The notes under the pieces were generated by a model, which ran no database searches, was not told the DNA's origin, and saw only the letters and a list, made by a program, of their open reading frames with translations. DNA of 32,000 bases, taken from Acaryochloris marina S15 (GTDB lineage: Bacteria; Cyanobacteriota; Cyanobacteriia; Thermosynechococcales; Thermosynechococcaceae). The stretch lies in assembly GCF_018336915.1 (NCBI RefSeq), contig NZ_CP064923.1, positions 5,490,001 to 5,522,000 of the forward strand, in the 5' to 3' direction. Of the stretch, positions 16,267-24,339 are shown piece after piece; position 1 is the stretch's first letter; every line of letters starts with the position of its first letter. Both the position numbers and the translations under genes were made by a program.

Positions 16267-17181
16267 GTGGTGTTTTTTCAAAGATTATTTCGTCAGCCTC
16301 AGCCACCTAACCATGCCACACCTTCTGAAAACCTGGAAGCGAGTTTAGCTGAGTTTGATCAGGCTATCGCCCATGGAAAAGATAATAACGAAGTATGGTT
16401 TGGGCGAGGTTGCGTCCAAGTTGAACTAAAACGGTATCAAGAAGCGATTCGTAGCTTCGATCGGGCCTTGGCCCATCGCCCTAATCATTTAGATAGTTGG
16501 CACAATCGGTCTTTAGCCTTTTGCCAATTGGGTCTATACGAAGAAGCGGTGAGTAGCTATGAGCAGGCTCTTCATTTGGGCAGCGCCCCCTCCCAAGATT
16601 GGTATTTCTATGGCACATTGCTCGCCCAGCTCGATCGCTATGAAGAAGCCATCAACAGCTATGAACAAGCCCTAAAGAAGGATCCCGATCGGGCACTGAT
16701 TTGGTACGACCGTGGCATTGCCCTGTCTTGGTTAGGACAATACGAAGATGCGATCGCAAGTTACGATCAAGCCCTCAATCTAGACTCAAGCCTTCATCAA
16801 GCTTGGTTCCGACGCGGCTTAGCCTTCAATCAATGTCAAAACTATGCCCAAGCCTTGAAATCTTTTGATAAGGCCTTATCGATTGATGAAAAGGAGGCCG
16901 AAGTATGGGCTGCTAAGGGGTTAGCCCTGCTCCAACTTCAGCAATATGAAGAAGCCATTACCACCCATGAAAAAGCGATCAAACTGAATGCGAAGGATGA
17001 TCAAGTTTGGTACAACAAAGCTTGCTGCCACGCCCATCATCAACAGCTAGATCAAGCAATTTCTAGCCTTGAACAAGCCATGAACCTCAATCCAGAGGCC
17101 ATTCGTGAATTGGCTAGCAATGATCCCGACTTACAAGTCTTGCATCAACAACCCACCTTTCAAAAGCTGATTTCGATTTAA
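16267..17181 (+). CDS. TPR repeat protein
   Basis: 304 aa with ~8 consecutive 34-residue TPR units (W..RG.AL..L..Y.EAI.S[YF]D.AL...P). The GTG start is uncertain. Confidence 0.8.
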   Translation: MVFFQRLFRQPQPPNHATPSENLEASLAEFDQAIAHGKDNNEVWFGRGCVQVELKRYQEAIRSFDRALAHRPNHLDSWHNRSLAFCQLGLYEEAVSSYEQALHLGSAPSQDWYFYGTLLAQLDRYEEAINSYEQALKKDPDRALIWYDRGIALSWLGQYEDAIASYDQALNLDSSLHQAWFRRGLAFNQCQNYAQALKSFDKALSIDEKEAEVWAAKGLALLQLQQYEEAITTHEKAIKLNAKDDQVWYNKACCHAHHQQLDQAISSLEQAMNLNPEAIRELASNDPDLQVLHQQPTFQKLISI

Positions 17182-17312
17182 TCTTCAGTTCTCATAATTC
17201 TTATAAAACTTTCATGGACTATTCAGTAGATCAGATGAATTTACCCAGATAGTCATCATTCCAGCTTCAGATACCTCTCGTACATTAGAGGCAATGAAGT
17301 TGGAACACAGAC

Positions 17313-17621
17313 ATGAAACGTACTACTCGCACCGCATTATCGGTATTAACCAGTCTTACTCTCCACAGCATTGGCTTTACTTCACCAACGCTGGCCGAAA
17401 CAACCCTCACCCGTGGCCCTAATTTTGCTGCCCATCAAGTCAAAGTGGAAAACGCTTCGAGACATTCGAACGCTCCCAGTTTCTCAGTGACAACTAAGGG
17501 GCCGAATGGTGCAGCCCACATTGCCCAAACTAAATCAGTGCGCGACACCACTACCCGGTCTTCCGAAAGTCCAAAAATCATCACTCGTGGTCCAAATGGT
17601 GCAGCCCATCTTTCGAACTAA
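17313..17621 (+). CDS. small secreted protein with three T[RK]GPN[GF]AAH repeats
   Basis: The signal peptide MKRTTRTALSVLTSLTLHSIGFTSPTLA-ET is followed by the repeats TRGPNFAAH (17409-17435), TKGPNGAAH (17493-17519) and TRGPNGAAH (17583-17609). Confidence 0.65.
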   Translation: MKRTTRTALSVLTSLTLHSIGFTSPTLAETTLTRGPNFAAHQVKVENASRHSNAPSFSVTTKGPNGAAHIAQTKSVRDTTTRSSESPKIITRGPNGAAHLSN

Positions 17622-17750
17622 TGCTTATGACATTGAGGATGAAAGGTTGATATACCTGAAGATACTGAAGGGTCGCTTTCTATAACGGCCCATTTTGGAG
17701 TGCAAGTGATTTTCCATAGTGAAAGTCACTGAATCCATCTTCATTAACTC

Positions 17751-17787
17751 CCTACTACTAAGACATGTCTTGGTAGTAGGTTTTATT
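17751..17787 (+). terminator. rho-independent terminator-like hairpin
   Basis: 12-bp stem CCTACTACTAAG (17751-17762) / CTTGGTAGTAGG (17769-17780) with one G-U pair and loop ACATGT, then TTTTATT. There is no U-tract in the minus orientation. Confidence 0.6.
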
Positions 17788-17870
17788 CTCCTCAATCAGT
17801 GACCATCTTTTGAGATCTCATTCAGAATCTCACTCTTTAAACGTTCTATATTTGCTAGCATCCCGACTCA

Positions 17871-18260
17871 TCAAGCATTTGAGGCTGCAGACTGCTTCAG
17901 ATAATTCAAGAACCAGTTCACTGCAGTTGCCCGTCGGGTACGGCGAGGGTTTAGCTCATCGATGGTGTACCCACCAAAGCCAAGCTCTTCTTTCAACAAC
18001 TGCTTGTTCTCTTTGGGAATGGAGCGAGTGATTTTAATGGTGGCAGGACGACTCCCAATAAAATCTGGGGGATCTGGGTAGGCTTCGGTCCACACTTCAT
18101 CGACTTGTGAGATATCCCATGTCTGAGAGGCTTGATCATAGCGATAGCCCAAGTGATACCAGAGCATCTGATTGACTGTTTCATCAGGAATCTTATCTTC
18201 CAAGATGGCCCAGAAGACCTCTGATGTTAATCCCGGCAAGTCAGGTTCTGTCACAGCCAT
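17871..18260 (-). CDS. conserved cyanobacterial/plant hypothetical protein (DUF1823-like)
   Basis: 129 aa. The VNQMLWYHLGYRYD ... PDFIGSRPATIKITRSIP ... LGFGGY pattern matches my memory of DUF1823. The start is 3 nt after the upstream stop. Confidence 0.7.
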   Translation of the reverse strand: MAVTEPDLPGLTSEVFWAILEDKIPDETVNQMLWYHLGYRYDQASQTWDISQVDEVWTEAYPDPPDFIGSRPATIKITRSIPKENKQLLKEELGFGGYTIDELNPRRTRRATAVNWFLNYLKQSAASNA

Positions 18261-18263
18261 AGA

Positions 18264-18851
18264 TTATCCTGTTGGGCGCTGTTGTGTCGTACGCTGAAGC
18301 AGCCACAGAGACGCAACCACACCTGCAAACTGCCCAGCAATCGTATTAATACAAGCTTGAATCACAAATAGATCGATCGGTTCCACCAGTTGGTTGGGGT
18401 TCAGGCTAAACACTGCGACCCCCTGAGAAATGGCCTTGCCAATAATCGCACCGACAAACCATTCACCCCCAATCACCGTCACTAAAATGCCAATGAGATC
18501 CGTCAGCAGGACCATTTTCAGCAATCTCAGGGTAGCTGCTTTAGAGGGGGCATTTTCACTAGAAGGCGCTAAAAAACGACGGCCCCAGCGGGTATAGCGA
18601 AAACTCCAGAAAACGCTCACACCCAAGAGCAAAATTCCGGTCACCGTAAATAACAGTCCTAATCCGCTGATCGTATTGCCCGCCTGATTCGGATTACTAG
18701 CACGACTGAAAAAGGCAAATAGAACCGTTACTCCCGAGATGATGCCTAACACCGCCTTGATCCAGAAACTAATCCAGCCCACAATGCGGAATGCACCACC
18801 CAAATTCTTAAGATTGGGCGACCGGGATAGAGCGTCAGACGGTCGGGTCAT
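18264..18851 (-). CDS. four-TM membrane protein (DUF3611 / TIC21-PIC1-like)
   Basis: 195 aa with four hydrophobic helices. The family assignment is from memory. It lies 6 nt downstream of the FrhB-family gene. Confidence 0.7.
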   Translation of the reverse strand: MTRPSDALSRSPNLKNLGGAFRIVGWISFWIKAVLGIISGVTVLFAFFSRASNPNQAGNTISGLGLLFTVTGILLLGVSVFWSFRYTRWGRRFLAPSSENAPSKAATLRLLKMVLLTDLIGILVTVIGGEWFVGAIIGKAISQGVAVFSLNPNQLVEPIDLFVIQACINTIAGQFAGVVASLWLLQRTTQQRPTG

Positions 18852-18857
18852 GCAGAT

Positions 18858-20051
18858 TTAGTCCGGTAAGTCATATTGACTGACAATGCGCTTGGCGTAT
18901 TCAGGCACATGGGCATCTACCTTATCAGGATAGTTACGCTTCACATACAGGTAGTTACGGGTAAAGTGCGAATCAATCGAGAACCGCGCATATTCTAAAC
19001 CTCGGGGACCAATCTTGTCGATCACCACCCCCATCAGTTTCGCCGCCCACATGGGCAAGGTCACCCCCTTATCATAGGCAGGGATGCTGTTTTGCACCGC
19101 CGCATGGCGATCGCCTTCAGAAATTACAGGCTGGGTTTCCAGCTGATCCATCACCAGATCCAGCATTTCCTGGCCCGTCTCGTTGCGCACCACAATCCAC
19201 TGCCAGCCGTAGGGAGAACCCATATAACCCACCACAAGATCCGCCAGGGAATTCGTGTAGTCAAAACAGCTCATGCAGGAAGGGGCAAAAATGTCTTTGA
19301 GTTTATTGGTCTTCAAACCAAAAAAGGGCACCATCTCAATCGACCCATCTTCATGCTTGAAGTGGATACGGAAGTCCTGCATAAATTCATAATGGACAAC
19401 CGTTTCTGGGGAACGACTCGTGGTGTCTAAGAAGGTCTGCAACCCTGCTCGATTCACGTTGTCTACGCAGGGCGTCCCCAGCACATAGAGTTTCTCAAGC
19501 CCTAAGCTATCCTGAACCGACCGTAAAGCTTGGGTTTGGCACCCTACTCCAATCACACAGAGGCGCTTCATGCCCGACTGTTCAATCTGCTCTAGCACCG
19601 AGAGATTGGGAGATAGCGTGGGCTTATTCACCCGAGCCGCCAACACTTCTTCTGGGGTACGGGCAATAATCGGCTTGGGTTGAAATCGATCTTCATCCGT
19701 ATTTTGGATACAGACAACGCCCTCAACTTTGCCCTGCTTCAGCAGTTCCATGCCGATGGTGCTGACAATCCCCGTCCATTGCGCCCCCGGAATGGGATCG
19801 ACCTTGCGGGCCGTCATCATTTGGTTGCTGACCCCGAAGTACCAATCATCTTCGTTATCCAAGTCACGGCTGCGGCCATGGGCTTTTTCTTCCAGCTCAG
19901 CCACCTGCTGATTTAAGAAGGCACAGGCTTCCTTAACGTAGTGAATGTAGTAGGTATCGCAAAGACCACATTCACTACAGAGTTCTTTAGCCGGTCGGCG
20001 ACTCGTGGATTTGAGGGCTTTGGCTTTTTTATGGGGTTGTACCGCAGTCAT
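18858..20051 (-). CDS. coenzyme F420 hydrogenase/dehydrogenase beta-subunit family Fe-S flavoprotein (HCAR / BciB-like chlorophyll-intermediate reductase)
   Basis: 397 aa. The N-terminal Cys cluster CSECGLCDTYYIHYVKEAC and the overall FrhB_FdhB N+C architecture resemble plant 7-hydroxymethyl chlorophyll a reductase and cyanobacterial ferredoxin-type divinyl reductase. Confidence 0.8.
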   Translation of the reverse strand: MTAVQPHKKAKALKSTSRRPAKELCSECGLCDTYYIHYVKEACAFLNQQVAELEEKAHGRSRDLDNEDDWYFGVSNQMMTARKVDPIPGAQWTGIVSTIGMELLKQGKVEGVVCIQNTDEDRFQPKPIIARTPEEVLAARVNKPTLSPNLSVLEQIEQSGMKRLCVIGVGCQTQALRSVQDSLGLEKLYVLGTPCVDNVNRAGLQTFLDTTSRSPETVVHYEFMQDFRIHFKHEDGSIEMVPFFGLKTNKLKDIFAPSCMSCFDYTNSLADLVVGYMGSPYGWQWIVVRNETGQEMLDLVMDQLETQPVISEGDRHAAVQNSIPAYDKGVTLPMWAAKLMGVVIDKIGPRGLEYARFSIDSHFTRNYLYVKRNYPDKVDAHVPEYAKRIVSQYDLPD

Positions 20052-20190
20052 AGTTAAATTAGGGTTTCAGTACTCCGAAGCAAGCGCAAAGTACCGAATT
20101 GAATGGTTATCTCGCATTCCGATTGTAAACAGTTTCGGGACCGCACCCCAAGTCCCCCCAGTTTTTCCTTTGATGACTGATTTTTAGAGG

Positions 20191-21729
20191 TCAATCATTA
20201 TGGGCATGATCAAATTCATAGACATAAAACATGCGGCTAAAGCGCTGGAGTAAATAGCCCCCTGTCGCTAACACCACACTGCAAAGCGCTAACTCCCAAA
20301 ACTCAGGCGGGGGAGTCATTAAGAATAAAGAAGTATCAGAATGAGTGATGGCGTATAGGGCTTGCGATCGCGCATCCAGCATCACCCCCAATCCAAAACA
20401 AACCACTGCGCTAATCAACATCACGATTTTCAGCTGTTGAATCCGTTTCAAGGCTTGGCGGCAAACTTGGCAATCTTTAGTGTGGGTGTGCCAAACATCA
20501 AAGAGCTGTTCTTTATCTCGCTGAGGGGGAGGGAGCTGGGGGTCACATTGCCAGGGAATCCCTCCGCCTGCTCGGGTTTTGATCCACTGCCGCAGGGCAA
20601 TCACCATTTTGTCTTGGGGATTAGGGGTATAGACCGTCTCTAGCCAATTTCCCTGCTCCTGATGCCCAATTCGTTTTTCCTGATAGTGGAGAAACACTAA
20701 ATCTTGATGGAGGAATAGGGGGGCCAATACATGGCCTAACCATTTCGGCATCGGCCAAGCAAAAAAGCCCAACCCAGGGGGCGCTTTCCCATCCTTATCT
20801 TTAATCAAGACTTGGCAGCCAATGTGGCGACACCAACCGGGACGAGTGGGACTGGCATAGAGTGCCAAAATCATTTGCCCCTCTCTCGCAAAAGTGGTTT
20901 CAATCCGCATATGACAAGGAGGCTGAAAATTGTGGACTGCCTTTCTTAAAATCGTATTGGAGACGGGTGTGATGTTAAAGGCAAAGCCTTCTTGAGTCGA
21001 GACTTCTCGCACCGCACTCATATCGTAATAATTGGCATCCCGATAGCGATTACCCATAATGCCGTGATGGGAGACAGGGACATGGGCCGGGTCCGCAATA
21101 TTTTCCATAAAAAAGTCCCAGCCATAGGGCAAGTCTCGCACATACCAAAACAGCTTAATGGCCCGATCGGGCAACTCTTCTAGCTCCGGGATAATCCGAG
21201 GAGAACGCTCCTGGCTGAGGGACTGGGAGGCCTCACTATTATCTGGCCACACCCAAATTAAACCCTGCTGAACTTGGGTCGGATAGGCGATGGCACACGA
21301 TCGCGGATTGGCTCGATGCTGTTTAGCCGTCTCTAAATCCAGACTTTGAGGAATATCTAAGCAGTGGCCCTCACCATCAAATCGCCAGGCATGATACGCA
21401 CACATCAAAGTGCCATCTACTTCGATCCGTCCTTCGGATAGCGGTGCAAGGCGATGAGGACAGCGATCTTCAAAACAATGCCATTCTCCCTGCTGATCAT
21501 GCCAAATCACCAGATCTTTTCCCAATAGCTGAATGGCATGAGGGCTTTTCGGATCCAAAAACTCAACCACTGCCACTGGATACCATTGCTGTGTCCATTG
21601 AAATTGTTCAGGTGTAGCGGTTTCAGCTTCTGCAACGGAGGGGGCGGTCTCTACCTGCTGAGATGAATCGTGGGTGGGATCAAGGGACAAGCGGTTTTGA
21701 GTCGTCACTGTCTTAACAATTGCGCTCAC
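20191..21729 (-). CDS. Rieske [2Fe-2S] non-heme iron oxygenase, pheophorbide a oxygenase (PAO/Tic55/LLS1)-like
   Basis: Rieske motif CPHRLAPLSEG ... CAYHAWRF, mononuclear iron region DPAHVPVSHHG, C-terminal CxxC (KDCQVCRQA) and two terminal TM helices, as in PAO-family proteins. GTG start. Confidence 0.85.
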   Translation of the reverse strand: MSAIVKTVTTQNRLSLDPTHDSSQQVETAPSVAEAETATPEQFQWTQQWYPVAVVEFLDPKSPHAIQLLGKDLVIWHDQQGEWHCFEDRCPHRLAPLSEGRIEVDGTLMCAYHAWRFDGEGHCLDIPQSLDLETAKQHRANPRSCAIAYPTQVQQGLIWVWPDNSEASQSLSQERSPRIIPELEELPDRAIKLFWYVRDLPYGWDFFMENIADPAHVPVSHHGIMGNRYRDANYYDMSAVREVSTQEGFAFNITPVSNTILRKAVHNFQPPCHMRIETTFAREGQMILALYASPTRPGWCRHIGCQVLIKDKDGKAPPGLGFFAWPMPKWLGHVLAPLFLHQDLVFLHYQEKRIGHQEQGNWLETVYTPNPQDKMVIALRQWIKTRAGGGIPWQCDPQLPPPQRDKEQLFDVWHTHTKDCQVCRQALKRIQQLKIVMLISAVVCFGLGVMLDARSQALYAITHSDTSLFLMTPPPEFWELALCSVVLATGGYLLQRFSRMFYVYEFDHAHND

Positions 21730-22021
21730 AGCTAGGGTTTATCCTCCCCAATATAATCCTCAACGTTCAACGGGTTAATCGATTCACACCTAGCTCACCA
21801 ACCCACCCATGCCTTTTGGCCCTGTCCCTCATCTGGATTAAAATCGAGGAACCGCTTACCTCGCTTCACCATCAGTAAACCCAGAAGGATGGGAATGAAG
21901 GGCCTAGGTTTGACAAATGGCCAAAGAATGCGAATCATAATCCCCAGAAGCTTTGACAAGTATCCGAGGAATACTGAGCTCGATTTGTCTCCGGCTTGTT
22001 TAGCTGACCTCCGTCAGCCCC

Positions 22022-23460
22022 GCTTTTGACCGCTTCGTTCCACTCACAGTCAAAAGCAGAATATAAGGAGCGTGACCGCAGGAAACATATTCTAGGGAGT
22101 AAAGCTACATTCCCTAAATTTGTTAAAATCAACTTATGCTCGTAATGAACTACCGATACAGGATCTACCCAAATTTTGAGCAAGAACAGCAAATGCTGAG
22201 CTGGCTTGAGACGTGCCGCAGGGTTTTTAACTATGCCCTGCGAGAACGTAAAGACTGGATAAATTCTCGGAAGTGTCCAGCAGATCGATGCTCTTTGCAG
22301 TCCGAATATATCGTTGCGGCTGATGCCCCTTACCCTAGCTATTACGCTCAGAAAAAAGGATTGGCAGTCGCAAAGAAAGAGAATAACTGGCTTAAAGCTG
22401 TCCATTCTCAAGTATTGCAAGAGGTCATTGGACAACTGGATGGGGCATTTACATCTATGAAGGAAAGAGGTCATGGCTTCCCACGCTTTAAGAAGTTTGG
22501 GCAGTATCGATCCTTTCTCTTTCCTCAATTCAAGAGCAGCCCCATCCAAGGTAGACAAATTAAGCTGCCCAAAATTGGGCTGATGCCCATTGTCTTCCAT
22601 CGGCAAATACCAGATGGTTTTGCGATTAAGACAGTGCGAGTCATTCGTAAGCATTCTGGGTGGTATATCTCCCTGTGCTTGGTGGCAGATGTGTCTATCC
22701 CAGAGGTGCCGCCTCACGGTCGGTCCATAGGTATAAACGTAGGGCTGAGCTATTTCCTGAGTACCAGTGATGGCGAACAGGTTGATAGACCTCGCTTTTT
22801 CGACAAACTTCACCGCAAGCTGGAATTGCTGCAACGATGTTTGAAGCGGAAGCAAAAACGGTCTAATAATCGTGCCAAGCTGATTCAGAGAATAGGGCGA
22901 GTCCATGAACAAATTGCGGCATCTCGGCTGGACTGGCAATTTAAGCTGGCTCATCACTTGTGTGACCAAGCTCAGATGATCTTTGCTGAGGATTTGGACT
23001 TCCGAATCATGGCAAAAGGCTTGTTGGGCAAACATACTCTTGATGCAGGGCTTGGGCAATTCCTGAATGTGGTTTTGCCTTGGGTTTGCTTCAAGCGTGG
23101 AGTTTACTATGCCAAGGTTGACCCTAATGGTACGTCTCAAGAATGCCCTGACTGTGGAGCCAGGGTAAAGAAAGACCTAAGTACGAGGATTCATGAGTGT
23201 CATGAGTGTGGGTCTGTAAAGCCTAGAGATGTTGCCAGTGGTCAAGTTATCAATGCCCGTGGTCTATCGGGTATTCAAACTGCAAGTGGACGGGATCTAT
23301 CGGGGTATCAGGAGACTGATGCTAGACAAGACCGAACGAAGCTTGAAGAACTCAAGAGTAATCTTGAGAAGCCCGCGCTCTATGCGTCAGCATGAGCGTC
23401 GGGAGAAGTCACACTCGCTTATTCTCTATTTCGTTGTCCACCCTCAACCTAAAGTGACTC
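22022..23460 (+). mobile_element. IS200/IS605-family (IS1341-like) element carrying tnpB only; ends not defined
   Basis: tnpB ORF with no tnpA nearby. A subterminal hairpin GCTTTTGAC (22022-22030) / GTCAAAAGC (22049-22057) lies ~80 nt upstream of the ATG. The structured 3' region extends to the next gene. Boundaries are approximate. Confidence 0.6.
22136..23395 (+). CDS. tnpB: IS200/IS605-family transposase accessory protein TnpB (RNA-guided nuclease family), RuvC-I Asp replaced by Asn
   Basis: 419 aa. Typical N-terminus YRYRIYPNFEQEQQMLSWLETCRRVFNYAL, RuvC-II IFAEDL, zinc ribbon CPDCG...CHECG and RuvC-III PRDVASGQVI. The RuvC-I motif reads GINVGL (AAC at 22736-22738) where GIDxG is expected. 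Confidence 0.85.
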   Translation: MLVMNYRYRIYPNFEQEQQMLSWLETCRRVFNYALRERKDWINSRKCPADRCSLQSEYIVAADAPYPSYYAQKKGLAVAKKENNWLKAVHSQVLQEVIGQLDGAFTSMKERGHGFPRFKKFGQYRSFLFPQFKSSPIQGRQIKLPKIGLMPIVFHRQIPDGFAIKTVRVIRKHSGWYISLCLVADVSIPEVPPHGRSIGINVGLSYFLSTSDGEQVDRPRFFDKLHRKLELLQRCLKRKQKRSNNRAKLIQRIGRVHEQIAASRLDWQFKLAHHLCDQAQMIFAEDLDFRIMAKGLLGKHTLDAGLGQFLNVVLPWVCFKRGVYYAKVDPNGTSQECPDCGARVKKDLSTRIHECHECGSVKPRDVASGQVINARGLSGIQTASGRDLSGYQETDARQDRTKLEELKSNLEKPALYASA

Positions 23461-24270
23461 ATGACCGTCTCTGAGAACCGCCCTAACTTGCCGCCCTCAT
23501 CCCGGGTTCTGACCTTGGTGGGTCTGATTCTAATCTTGACCTTCTTTCTAGATTTTTTGGTCCGCTTGACTTCGCCCCAGTTAGGCAATGCAGAAGTCCA
23601 ACTGACCCTACTCAATGACTTAATCGATCGCGGAGTGATTCCACTGATCGGTTTATCCCTGATTTATGCAGGCTTCTGGTTTCATTTATATACCAAGCCA
23701 CCCCTCGTTGCTGACACTCAAGACGACAAAGAACTGAGGGCTGCTTGGCAAGACCCCAAGTTCTGGACCTTTGTCTTTGCCAGTCTCCTAGGGCTGATGT
23801 TTCTGCTGATTATTCCGTTTCACTATGCCAAAACGGGAGATGTGATTCAGAAGGCCCTCGATCAAGTTGACGCCGAATGGACTCGTAACAAAACCACCAT
23901 TGATCAGCAGCTCAATCAGGTCAAGTTAGAAGAGCAACAATGGCAAGCCATCGGTAAAGACCCCACTCAGCTTGATCAACTCCTGAATAATCCCCAGATG
24001 CCGCCCCAGCAGAAGGCCGCCCTCACCCAGCTCAAGAAAGACCCCCAGGTGCTGAAACAAAATGTGGATGCCCGTGTCAAGCAGCTCCAACAACAGCAAA
24101 CCCAAGTCGCAGGACAGTTGGCCGATGCTGAAAAACGTAAAGCTGATGTGATCAAGCGGGCTGAAGGAGAACGCTCCATGACCCGTCTCCGAGCAGGGAT
24201 TCGGGGTATCTTACTTGCGATCGCATTTGCCAGTATCGGCTGGACCGGCCTCCGGGACTCTTCCAACTAG
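23461..24270 (+). CDS. hypothetical membrane protein with Q-rich coiled-coil segment
   Basis: 269 aa. It has four hydrophobic segments and a central low-complexity/coiled region (QQWQAIGKDPTQLDQLLNNPQMPPQQKAALTQLKKDPQ...QQQQTQVAGQ). Confidence 0.7.
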   Translation: MTVSENRPNLPPSSRVLTLVGLILILTFFLDFLVRLTSPQLGNAEVQLTLLNDLIDRGVIPLIGLSLIYAGFWFHLYTKPPLVADTQDDKELRAAWQDPKFWTFVFASLLGLMFLLIIPFHYAKTGDVIQKALDQVDAEWTRNKTTIDQQLNQVKLEEQQWQAIGKDPTQLDQLLNNPQMPPQQKAALTQLKKDPQVLKQNVDARVKQLQQQQTQVAGQLADAEKRKADVIKRAEGERSMTRLRAGIRGILLAIAFASIGWTGLRDSSN

Positions 24271-24339
24271 GGCCATCAGAAGACGGCCCGCAAGGTTTAG
24301 GGGATAATGACTAGCAGTCTTTAGAACGCATCCTCTCCC

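Noticed and set aside
21795-21938. Untracked 47-codon minus-strand ORF (MIRILWPFVKPRPFIPILLGLLMVKRGKRFLDFNPDEGQGQKAWVGW) between the IS and the Rieske gene
   Set aside because: The hydrophobic N-terminus makes it a tempting small membrane protein upstream of the PAO-like gene. I see no ribosome-binding site, conservation evidence or motif, and it borders the IS left end. It is not reportable as a gene without comparative or ribosome-profiling data.
21935-23140. 401-aa minus-strand ORF, one of the longest in the track
   Set aside because: It lies entirely antisense to tnpB and the IS left end. It has no motifs and a low-complexity composition, whereas the + strand frame has unmistakable TnpB motifs. 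It is a shadow ORF.
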